From an uncultured Enterobacteriaceae bacterium (GTDB lineage Bacteria; Myxococcota_A; UBA796; GCA-2862545): a stretch of 35,580 nucleotides of DNA. Shown here piece by piece: positions 1 through 8,175 of the stretch. The DNA is taken from NCBI GenBank assembly GCA_964471355.1, contig CAYYHT010000001.1, forward strand, positions 1 through 35,580. Direction: 5' to 3'. Below the pieces are notes generated by a model. It worked only from the letters and a program-made list of their open reading frames with translations, was not told the DNA's origin and did not search any database. A program made the position numbers and the translations under genes. Every line of letters starts with the position of its first letter. Positions within the stretch are counted from its first letter, which is position 1.

Positions 1-11
1 CCCTGTGCGCC

Positions 12-383
12 ATGGACGGCACCATGGCGCGCCGGTGGGAGCAGAGTCGGGTGCGCGCGAAACTGTCCTGTGTCTTGTGGGTGCCAATCGATGGTCGTCG
101 AAAGATTCCCCCTGCAAAGCGCGTCGTGAGGAAGCCGGTCCTGTGGAGGCCGACCGAAGAGCAGGAGGCACGCATGCGCGACGACTGGGAATTTCACGCC
201 GAGGCGATTGGCCTGGGCGAGCTGTGGCAGCTCGATGCGTCGAAAGGAGAAGTGCTGCAGGTGCGCCCCAAGGCCGCGAATAGCCGGGAACGGGTCTGGA
301 CCTATGACGACGAGGGCGAGCAGGTCGCCGAGAATCCTCGGGGCTTCTACCTGCGGCGCAGCTTTACGCGGACGCTGTTCTAG
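12..383 (+). CDS. hypothetical protein (123 aa; the frame is open to the left window edge, so the true start may lie upstream)
   Basis: ATG at 12. TAG at 381-383 directly abuts the ATG of the next gene (TAGATG). Codons show the G/C-ending bias of the rest of the window. No recognisable motif. Confidence 0.45.
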   Translation: MDGTMARRWEQSRVRAKLSCVLWVPIDGRRKIPPAKRVVRKPVLWRPTEEQEARMRDDWEFHAEAIGLGELWQLDASKGEVLQVRPKAANSRERVWTYDDEGEQVAENPRGFYLRRSFTRTLF

Positions 384-2045
384 ATGGCGCGTCGGCGCAT
401 CATCGAAGGCACCTGGACCTGCGGAGAATGCGACACCCAGAAGATCAAAGGGCGACACAAGGAGTGTCCATCCTGCGGGTCTCCGCGCGAGAAGCACGAG
501 GCGAAGTTCGACTTTGGCGGCACCACGGCCACCGGTGCATCCACCGAGCCGACGGTCACCGATGCCAAGGGACTCGAGCTGGCGCGGGCGGGCAGGGACT
601 GGGTCTGCAGCTACTGCGGAGCCTCGAACAGAGGCGATTTCGATAGCTGTGTGGAGTGTGCAGCGGCACGCGGCGATGCGGTCGAGGTCGACCTGGCCAC
701 GCCTCCCCCGGCGCCAAAAAAGAAGCGCAAGCGCGACGACGATGACGATGACGACATCAACTGGGAGACCCCTGCGGCAGCGGGCTTCTTCGGGCTGACC
801 GGGTGCTCGATCTTCATGGTGCTGGGACTGCTGTTTGGCATCCCGCTGGTCATGATCGTCTGCTTGGCTCCGATCTCAACCGATGCCACGGTGACCGAGA
901 ACACCTGGGTGCGGCAGAGCACGGTCGAACGCCTGGTTCCCCAAGACCAAGAGGGCTGGAAGAACCGCATGGACACCACCATGGCCTCGCCTCCACCTTC
1001 AAAGGAACTGGCGGCGGGAATGGGGCAGACCTACAGCTGCGAGACCAAGCAGTGCTGGCCGCGTCCTCCGGCAGGTGGCGGGCTTGCAAAGGTCACCGGC
1101 CGTTCCTGGAGCCGAACCATCAGCACCAAGCGCATGAGCGCCAGCAGTGGCAGCGGGTGGGATGAGCAGGTTCCGCGCGGTCGCGGCGCCTATCCATCCG
1201 GCGGCAGCGGAGGCGCCGAAGGGCTCGACGGAAGCGCGAACTGCCACAGCAAGCAGCGGGTGGCCGAGAAGTGCCGCAGCGTCAGCAAGAAGGTGGCGTG
1301 CGGCACCGACGAGCGCTGCACGGTCAATGACCTGGGCAACGGCTTTGCCGAAGAAGTGTGCACCGACCACACCCGCTACTGCACCGAGTCCGAACAGGTG
1401 TGCGACCCCGCCGAGTACGACCAGTGGTGCACCTGGACCATGTTGCGCTGGACCAGCGGACGTCGCGTCGACGCCACCGGCAGGCTCAATCAGCCGCACT
1501 GGCCATCCCTGCGGGCCCAGAGCGACGAGAGCGTGTCCAAGTCGTCGTCGTACTCGGTGCATGTCACCCCACTGGCCGGGGATGTGCAGCAGACGGTCAA
1601 GGTGAGCTCGGCGGACGCCCTGATGCGGCACCAGGTCGGCGCGCAGTACTTCTTCACCGGTGGCTCGTCGACGCCGGTTCCGAGGCGTCTGCTGAGGAAG
1701 ACCGGTGTGGACTGCGGAGACGGAATCACGCGGGACAGCTTGAGCAGCCGAGACCGCTGCCGCTACCAGACCTGGTCGTGGCACGATGACGCGCCCTTGT
1801 ACACCCGTGGCGATGGCAGCACCGCCTGGCCGGTGGTCGACCTGAAGGACGACGGCCGCGAGAAGCGAGCCGAGTGGGTCGACCTGAAGCTCGAGTGGGC
1901 GCGGGGCAGCAAGGAGCGCAGCCAAGACTTCTCGGTCGAGACCGACGAGGGCGGTCGGTGGCCCGTGGGCCGCGCGGTTCGGGTCAGCGTGAGTGCGGAC
2001 GGCAGCATTCGCGAGTGGGAAGAGGACAAGCCAGTGACGCGGTAG
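384..2045 (+). CDS. double zinc-ribbon membrane protein with a Cys-rich extracytoplasmic domain (553 aa)
   Basis: Two CxxC...CxxC zinc ribbons: C13/C16/C28/C31, and C75/C78/C89/C92 (the second reads WVCSYCGASN..CVEC, RanBP2-like). A KKKRKRDDDDDDD charge cluster lies at nt 717-755. One long hydrophobic segment spans about residues 133-163. It is followed by a roughly 390-aa domain with many Cys. Confidence 0.75.
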   Translation: MARRRIIEGTWTCGECDTQKIKGRHKECPSCGSPREKHEAKFDFGGTTATGASTEPTVTDAKGLELARAGRDWVCSYCGASNRGDFDSCVECAAARGDAVEVDLATPPPAPKKKRKRDDDDDDDINWETPAAAGFFGLTGCSIFMVLGLLFGIPLVMIVCLAPISTDATVTENTWVRQSTVERLVPQDQEGWKNRMDTTMASPPPSKELAAGMGQTYSCETKQCWPRPPAGGGLAKVTGRSWSRTISTKRMSASSGSGWDEQVPRGRGAYPSGGSGGAEGLDGSANCHSKQRVAEKCRSVSKKVACGTDERCTVNDLGNGFAEEVCTDHTRYCTESEQVCDPAEYDQWCTWTMLRWTSGRRVDATGRLNQPHWPSLRAQSDESVSKSSSYSVHVTPLAGDVQQTVKVSSADALMRHQVGAQYFFTGGSSTPVPRRLLRKTGVDCGDGITRDSLSSRDRCRYQTWSWHDDAPLYTRGDGSTAWPVVDLKDDGREKRAEWVDLKLEWARGSKERSQDFSVETDEGGRWPVGRAVRVSVSADGSIREWEEDKPVTR

Positions 2046-2151
2046 TCGACAGGCCGACATTGACCGAAACGAGCGACCCACATGTTCGGTCGGTCGCAAT
2101 TGCGCCCGGGCCGTCCATAGAAGCGTGGCATCAAACCAACGGAGTCACCCC

Positions 2152-2325
2152 ATGGAAAACGTCGCCATCTTCTTTGCAGTCATCATCATGATCGGCGTCC
2201 GCATCACGGTCCGCCACCTCATCCGCGAGGCCCTCTTCGGACCTGCAGAGACCCAGAGCTCGTGGGAGCGCGTCTTGGCCGAAGAAGAAGCCAATGACCG
2301 CATGTTCGGCACTGTCGGCCGCTAA
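2152..2325 (+). CDS. small single-pass membrane protein (57 aa)
   Basis: ATG at 2152 is preceded by GGAG at 2141-2144. The N-terminus is hydrophobic (VAIFFAVIIMIGV). C-ending codon bias is very strong. The tool's ORF starts at GTG 2125, but the ATG with an SD is preferred. The stop overlaps the stop of the convergent gene. Confidence 0.45.
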   Translation: MENVAIFFAVIIMIGVRITVRHLIREALFGPAETQSSWERVLAEEEANDRMFGTVGR

Positions 2326-3725
2326 GAATCCGCCGACTGTGCCGCCAGCACCCCGCTGATCGCACAAAAGCTGACCCACTGACCTGGGTGGGTCGAGCTT
2401 CCACACAAGAACAGGTTGTCTGCCACCGGTGAGTGGTGAGGAATGCGTCCCTGGCGCATGAACTTCGCCGTCATGACTGGGTTCATGCTGTCCCGGTACA
2501 GGTGGTATTTGCGCCCCCATGACTGGGGAATGCGCGTATCGAGCACGGTGTGTTTTCGAATGCCCTGGTGCCACCAGTCCTCGCCGAGCATCTGATTGAG
2601 CAGCTCGGTCTGGCCTGGTTCGCCGACCCCGGCCGCCCAGGTGTGATCGGTCGGGCTGACCAGGCGGGCGTTGCCGATTCGCGTGCCGTCGACCGCCGCC
2701 GGATGGACCAGCACGCGGCATTTTTCGGTGGGCCCAGCCGTGCCCGAAGCGGGCAACCAGAACTGCAGAAAGGGCAGGTCGGCTTCGGCCTCGATGTCCA
2801 GGTAGGCGGCGACCCCTGGCGACTGCAGGGGCAGGGCTGTGAGCCTTGAGTTGAGGTCGGCGTCGGGCGGTGAGAGCAGCTCGGCATAGGTGCCCACACC
2901 CGCCGCATTGCTGAACACACGGTCGGCCGAGATGCGCTCGGAGCCGATCTCGACGCCCAGAATGCGCCGGCCATCGCGCACGATTCGCTCGACTCGCTCG
3001 CCCAGCCGGAAGCTCACACCGCAGGCGCGAGCCAAGTTCTCGAGTACCTCGGGGATTCTGCGAATGCCTCCCTGCACGATCCACGCGCCATGGGTGTGGA
3101 TGATCGGAGGCACAAAGGCCAGAGGAGCTGGGGCCTCGGAAAGGGGCTGGCCGGCGATGTGCGTCCAGATGGCCAGGGCATCGATCACCCGCTGCGGCAG
3201 GCCCGTGGAGTTGAGGTGGTGCTCGAGGCCGCGAAGCAAGAAGGGGATCTCGCGGAACAGCCCGCCGAAGAGCAGCGACAACGGACCCGGTCGGTCCTGC
3301 CGTTGAAGGGGTGCCAGGCGGTCATAGGTCGTCGCCATGTGCTCGATGTACGAGCGATAGGCCAGTCCAGAACCCCTGAATTCCGCCTCGAGGTGGTCGA
3401 CGGTCTTGTCGAGCTCGCGGTAGATCGACACGCGCGAGCCGTCGGGCCAGCGCACCCGGTAGGCCTCGTCGACGGGCAGGAAGTGCAGCAGCGCTTCAAT
3501 GTCGGCACCCAGCTGCTCAAAGGCCCAGGTGAGCCCTGGTCGGTCCAACAAGATGTACGGCCCGCCGTCGTAGCGTCGCTCCCCGAAGTCGACGCCACCA
3601 GCCAGCCCGCCGACCTTGTCTCTGGCTTCGATGACGGTCACGTGGTTGCCGGCCCGGGCCAGTGCGATGGCCGCTGCGAGTCCGCCCATGCCGGCACCGA
3701 TGACGATGTCCTGACTGGCACTCAT
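2322..3725 (-). CDS. phytoene-desaturase (CrtI/CrtD) family FAD-dependent oxidoreductase (467 aa)
   Basis: N-terminal Rossmann motif DIVIGAGMGGLAAAIALARAGNHVTVIEARDKVGG. C-terminal family signature LFLCGSSTHPGQWVSFCAISG. Start taken at ATG 3725 (MSASQ...), which overlaps the upstream stop as ATGA. The tool's longer ORF to 3839 would overlap the upstream gene. Confidence 0.85.
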   Translation of the reverse strand: MSASQDIVIGAGMGGLAAAIALARAGNHVTVIEARDKVGGLAGGVDFGERRYDGGPYILLDRPGLTWAFEQLGADIEALLHFLPVDEAYRVRWPDGSRVSIYRELDKTVDHLEAEFRGSGLAYRSYIEHMATTYDRLAPLQRQDRPGPLSLLFGGLFREIPFLLRGLEHHLNSTGLPQRVIDALAIWTHIAGQPLSEAPAPLAFVPPIIHTHGAWIVQGGIRRIPEVLENLARACGVSFRLGERVERIVRDGRRILGVEIGSERISADRVFSNAAGVGTYAELLSPPDADLNSRLTALPLQSPGVAAYLDIEAEADLPFLQFWLPASGTAGPTEKCRVLVHPAAVDGTRIGNARLVSPTDHTWAAGVGEPGQTELLNQMLGEDWWHQGIRKHTVLDTRIPQSWGRKYHLYRDSMNPVMTAKFMRQGRIPHHSPVADNLFLCGSSTHPGQWVSFCAISGVLAAQSADS

Positions 3726-6385
3726 GGTTTCTCCAAGAAGTCGTCGATCGCTGCGGCCACCCACTCGCTGCGGGCCCAGCTCATCCAGTGGGTGCCGTCT
3801 GGCACCGTGGTCAGCCGGGCCTCGGGCAGCAGTGCGCACAGGCGCTCGGCCTGGGGCAGCGGGAAGTGGTGGTCATGCTGGGCCCACAGCGCCAGCACCG
3901 GTGCCGTGATCTTCCAGTAGTGCTCGGGCAGTGACGCCAGCTCGATTTCGTAGGCATCGCACATCGCCGACAGCCACGCTCGAACAGCCGGTCGATGAAA
4001 GGCACCGGTGAAGTCCGCGTCCAGCTCGTCCGGCCACTCGGTTCCTGCAGGCAGGAACGTGCGCTTGCACTGGCGATAGACCAACCCGGGGGTCCAGGCA
4101 AAGGCGGTGCGCTGCAGTCCGCTGCGCCGCATCAGGGCGATCTCGGGGCTGGTCGGACCGTCGGCAAACAACAGGCTGTTCATGACCACGACGCGACGGA
4201 CTCGCTCGGGGCGGGTCGCGGCGAACAACAGCGCGGGCTGTCCACCCATGTCTTGGCCGACTAGCTGAACGGTGTCCAAGCCCCAGGCATCGAGCAAGTT
4301 CTCGAGCATGTCGGCCAGGGCGGCCGGTCCGGCGTCTTCTCCCCACTGCTCGCTGTAGCCTTGGCCGGGCCAATCAAACGCGATGACCTGGTGTCCGCGG
4401 GCCAGAATAGGCGCCATCCTGGACCAGATCTGAAGCGTCTCGGGGTAGCCGTGCAACAGGACGACAGGCGGACCCTCGCCGATTCGGCACACCCGCAACA
4501 GGCGGCCGTCGTGGCGTTCCCAGGTGACCGGCAACAGGACCTGGCCATGCTCCACCGTGGCTTCCGGCTCGGTCAGGGCCCTGACTAGGCTGCGTGCGGC
4601 CTTCAGCGCGGTTCCCGCCGGGTCGATCTCGGGGAAGGCAGCGGCATCCATATGGGGCACGAACAATGAGCCCTGCGCGCTGGCGTGGGTATAGACGGGC
4701 AGTGCCATGCGCGCTAGCAGGGCCGATCGACGGCTGTGGTCCGGGGCGTCCCACACGCCGATTGGCTCGTCGGGTCCCCGCACAACCGTGTCCTCTCGTG
4801 GGTCGCCGAACCAGTCAAAGGCGATCGAGACCAACATGTTGCTGGGAATGGGCTCGGCACCGATGTGGCGCGCCACAACTGCATCGAGCGCCACCGCGTC
4901 GCGGCTTGCGTACAGACGCATGGGCTGGCGAGGGTGCGGCTGGCCCATCATGCCCAACAGGCCATCGGGCACATCAGACCAGACATCGAGCATGGCGACA
5001 TGCGGTGGAAACGCGTCTGCCATCATCATCGCAGCGGTCTCGCGGTCGGCCTTTCTGTCCCCAAAGATGTAGGCGTCGTGCCGCTCTCCGAGGCCTTCGA
5101 GCGCGGCGAAGGACAGCATGGCGACCCCGGTCGGGTGGCCGCGCAGCTTGCCCAGGACGATGCGCAGGTCGGCATCGGCCCAGGTCGCACACACGCTGTG
5201 CTGCCCCAGTCCTCGGACGTATTCGTGGTCCCTCTGGTCGAGCTGGGCGTCGACGATGCGTATGTCTGGCGAGCCCAGCTGCAGGTAGTCGGCGACTTGG
5301 GCCACCGTTCGGTTGGCAAAGAAGCGGTCGTAGACGTTGCGGCTGTCGATGAGGGAGACCTCGCACCCGCGCTGGGCCAGCCACGCACAGAGCGCTGCCA
5401 TGAGCTTCGGCGACACGATGGGCGACGGGTCGTGGCGATTGGCGGCCAGCATGAACGTGGTCTTGATGGCGATCTTGGGCGCCTGTCCATGGTGCTTGAG
5501 CAGGGCGGGCAGTTCAATCGCCTCGAGTGTGGCGTGCAGCTCAGCCTGAAGGTCGGTGTGGCTGGCTCCCTCGCGCACGACGACCGTGCCGCCCTTGCCG
5601 AGTGGATTGGTCCAGGCGCGATCTCCGGCCTGGGGTTCCGCTAGAAAGCGCTGGCCGATCTCTCCGAGTTGCTCGAGCAGCCAATCGGCGGTGAGCGTGT
5701 CGTGCAGTGCGTCGTCGGGTCCGAACGAGTCGGCGAACAGCTCGAAGACCAGCGAGTGCCGGCGCTCGTCTTCTTTCATGCGCACAAAGGCGTCGATGTC
5801 GCTCTGGGTGCAGCCTGCAGCGGGTCCGAGCTCGGCCATTCGCGCCCAGCCCATGCCCGCTGTGCGCTCGGCGGCCACCGCGAAGTGACACCAGTCGCAG
5901 AATCGATTGAACTGAAGCTCAGCCCGCACTTCCGGCGGAATCCGTCCGGTAGCGTGTCCGGCGACTTCGAGTAGCTCGGCCACCAGGCGGGTCATCGGGG
6001 CATGGCGCCAGCGATTGTGCACTTGGCGGCTGCTTGTCCATCCGGCCACGCGCCCCTCGACTTGGGTGAGCCAGGCCTTGGCCCGCTCCGGCAAGCTGCC
6101 CTCGCGCAGGAGTGCTCCGCGGATGTACAGCGCGTGCATCTCTTCGTCGCGCCAGGCCCACCGAATCGCTCGCTGCACCGCGCTGCGTACTCTGGGCTCG
6201 ACCGGCATTCCGCTGAGGCGCTTGTGGATGACATCGCGGCGATACGCGACGGTGACGAGGTGCTCCCGTTCGAGGGCGAGCAGCCAAAGCCGCGTCATCT
6301 CGTCTTGAGGTCGCCCCTCATATTCCCGTTCCCAGTCGTCGAGTTGGAGTGCGAATCCGTGGATGATGGCTTGAAGATCGGCCAA
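3722..6385 (-). CDS. three-domain fusion protein (887 aa): N-terminal ferritin-like di-iron domain, central DUF362-like domain, C-terminal alpha/beta-hydrolase (epoxide-hydrolase/dehalogenase-like, Asp nucleophile)
   Basis: Residues 1-225 carry three ExxH motifs (EREH 39-42, EEMH 81-84, ERRH 207-210) in helical context. Residues about 300-525 match the DUF362 pattern (KIAIKTT...SPKLMAAL...ADLRIVLGKLRGHPTG...YASRDAVALDAV). Residues about 615-887 show the HGYP oxyanion motif, G-Q-D-M-G-G (Asp712, codon 4250-4252) and a C-terminal GTHW. The start is TTG at 6385 with no convincing SD, so it is uncertain. Confidence 0.85.
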   Translation of the reverse strand: MADLQAIIHGFALQLDDWEREYEGRPQDEMTRLWLLALEREHLVTVAYRRDVIHKRLSGMPVEPRVRSAVQRAIRWAWRDEEMHALYIRGALLREGSLPERAKAWLTQVEGRVAGWTSSRQVHNRWRHAPMTRLVAELLEVAGHATGRIPPEVRAELQFNRFCDWCHFAVAAERTAGMGWARMAELGPAAGCTQSDIDAFVRMKEDERRHSLVFELFADSFGPDDALHDTLTADWLLEQLGEIGQRFLAEPQAGDRAWTNPLGKGGTVVVREGASHTDLQAELHATLEAIELPALLKHHGQAPKIAIKTTFMLAANRHDPSPIVSPKLMAALCAWLAQRGCEVSLIDSRNVYDRFFANRTVAQVADYLQLGSPDIRIVDAQLDQRDHEYVRGLGQHSVCATWADADLRIVLGKLRGHPTGVAMLSFAALEGLGERHDAYIFGDRKADRETAAMMMADAFPPHVAMLDVWSDVPDGLLGMMGQPHPRQPMRLYASRDAVALDAVVARHIGAEPIPSNMLVSIAFDWFGDPREDTVVRGPDEPIGVWDAPDHSRRSALLARMALPVYTHASAQGSLFVPHMDAAAFPEIDPAGTALKAARSLVRALTEPEATVEHGQVLLPVTWERHDGRLLRVCRIGEGPPVVLLHGYPETLQIWSRMAPILARGHQVIAFDWPGQGYSEQWGEDAGPAALADMLENLLDAWGLDTVQLVGQDMGGQPALLFAATRPERVRRVVVMNSLLFADGPTSPEIALMRRSGLQRTAFAWTPGLVYRQCKRTFLPAGTEWPDELDADFTGAFHRPAVRAWLSAMCDAYEIELASLPEHYWKITAPVLALWAQHDHHFPLPQAERLCALLPEARLTTVPDGTHWMSWARSEWVAAAIDDFLEKP

Positions 6386-6438
6386 AGAGGACCCTGTGTG
6401 GAGCGAAATCCTAGCCCGTTCAGCGTAGAATCGCGCCC

Positions 6439-8175
6439 ATGACTCCGGACACCGTGCAATCCAACTCCCCGGCCCGCAGCGAAGCGGGCGGAAGTCGGCT
6501 GTACGAATGGCTGGCAGAGCCGTCGGATGGGCTGGCGCTGGACGATGCGGATCGGGATCTGTACCAGCTAAGCAACTGGGCGATGTTGCTCGGAATGACC
6601 TCGCACGCCATGTTTATGGGCGTCTTTGCTGTTCTCGATATTCCGGTGCTGGTCGCATCGAACATCGTCAGCGTGATGTGGTGGGGGGCGGCGCTGTGGC
6701 TGTCCAAGCGGGGCATGCTGATCATCGCCATGTACGTCGCGACGCTCGAGGTGGTGGTCAACGCCGTCCTCGTGACCGCCATGCTGGGGATCGGAGTCGG
6801 CTTTCACTACTACATCCTGCTGGCGATCGTGTTCCTGGCACAGTTTTCAATCGAGCCTATGCGCCGGCGGGCCATCGGCTCCACCTCGCTGGGTTTTGGC
6901 TATGTCTTGCTGATCGGCTGGGCATCGCAGAACGCCATGGTGCTTGTCGTTGATGACGCGGTGGTGGCCAGCTTTGGGGTGTTCAACGCCCTTGGCTTCA
7001 TCGGACTGTTGGTGGGGTTGTGCCTTTGGTACACCTACCGAGTTCAGCAAGATCGGCAGGGCCGACTGGACGCTGAACGGCGCCTGAGGCGGGCTCATCG
7101 GCACAACAGTGCCACGCTGAACTACATGGCCGACGGCCTGTTCACCGTCGACGCACAGGGCCTGGTCGCCTCGATGAACCAGTCGATGTCCTTCATGCTC
7201 TCGAGTCGTCCAAGTGCGGCGGGGGATCGCTCGCGCATTCCCCAGGGCTTGATCGATCTGGGCCACACCGCGATGTGGGAGGGCAAGGTCAAGCGACTCG
7301 AGCTGGCGTTGACCGACAACCGCACGGCGGCGGCGGTGGCCTCTCCGTTGCTGGCCGAAGATGGCGGCATGGCCGAAGGTGCCGTGGTGTTGGTGCGCGA
7401 CATCACGATCGACAAGGAGGTGGACCGCATGAAGACCGAGTTCACGTCGATGGTCTCCCACGAGCTTCGCACGCCGATGACGTCGGTGATTGGCTTCGCA
7501 AAAATCGTCAAAAACAAGCTAGAGAAGCAGGTTTTCCCTGTCGTCACCACCGACGATGCCAAGGTGCTCAAGTCGATCGGTCAGGTACGCCAGAATCTCG
7601 ACATCGTCGTCGATGAGGCGCAGCGATTGACCAATCTGATCAACGACGTGTTGGACATCGCCAAGATGGAGGCGGCCCAGGTCAGCTTCGCATCGAAGCC
7701 TGTACAGGCAGACGAGCTTGTGAAGCGGGCTCATGACGCATGTGCAGCGCTGTTCGAGCGGGGTGAGGTGACCCTGAAGACCGAAGTGGAGCAGGGCTTG
7801 CCGGCGGTGCTCGGCGACCGCGACCGTCTGCAGCAGGTGCTGGTCAATCTGGTCTCGAATGCATCGAAGTTCACAACAGAAGGCTCGGTCACCATCGAGG
7901 CGGCGCGCTTGGCAAACGCAGTGGTGTTCCGCGTACGCGACACGGGTCCCGGCATTCATATCGACGATCTCGTGCGGGTCTTCGACCGCTTCAGGCAGCT
8001 CGAGGGCGGCGACACGGACAAACCAAAGGGCACGGGACTTGGGCTGGCCATCTGCAAGCAGATCATCGAGGGCCACAAGGGAAAGATCCGCGCCGAGAGC
8101 ACACTTGGCCTTGGGTCGACCTTTCTGTTCGAGCTGCCCGTTGCCGAGTCAGTGAATCACGCAGATCTCCAATAG
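6439..8175 (+). CDS. sensor histidine kinase (578 aa): polytopic membrane N-terminus, PAS-like region, HisKA, HATPase_c
   Basis: About 5-6 hydrophobic segments in the first 200 aa. H-box SHELRTPMTSVIGF. N-box LVSNASKFT. G-boxes DTGPGI and GTGLGLAICK. No response regulator is adjacent. Confidence 0.9.
   Translation: MTPDTVQSNSPARSEAGGSRLYEWLAEPSDGLALDDADRDLYQLSNWAMLLGMTSHAMFMGVFAVLDIPVLVASNIVSVMWWGAALWLSKRGMLIIAMYVATLEVVVNAVLVTAMLGIGVGFHYYILLAIVFLAQFSIEPMRRRAIGSTSLGFGYVLLIGWASQNAMVLVVDDAVVASFGVFNALGFIGLLVGLCLWYTYRVQQDRQGRLDAERRLRRAHRHNSATLNYMADGLFTVDAQGLVASMNQSMSFMLSSRPSAAGDRSRIPQGLIDLGHTAMWEGKVKRLELALTDNRTAAAVASPLLAEDGGMAEGAVVLVRDITIDKEVDRMKTEFTSMVSHELRTPMTSVIGFAKIVKNKLEKQVFPVVTTDDAKVLKSIGQVRQNLDIVVDEAQRLTNLINDVLDIAKMEAAQVSFASKPVQADELVKRAHDACAALFERGEVTLKTEVEQGLPAVLGDRDRLQQVLVNLVSNASKFTTEGSVTIEAARLANAVVFRVRDTGPGIHIDDLVRVFDRFRQLEGGDTDKPKGTGLGLAICKQIIEGHKGKIRAESTLGLGSTFLFELPVAESVNHADLQ

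Noticed and set aside
999-2099. 366-aa minus-strand ORF opposite the zinc-ribbon membrane protein (similar cases: 2131-3084, 4736-5644, 20560-21240, 22107-22916)
   Set aside because: These are shadow or off-frame ORFs with Arg/Pro/Gly/Ala-rich low-complexity translations. They overlap genes that have clear motifs and better third-position bias.
3726-3839. 38-codon N-terminal extension of the CrtI-like ORF (MRTAARG...), and likewise 9727-9879 for the Ser/Thr kinase
   Set aside because: The extensions overlap the neighbouring gene or lie ahead of the conserved N-terminal motif (the Rossmann GxGxxG, or the kinase Gly-loop preceded by MERAEHRYE). The internal ATGs give canonical N-termini.
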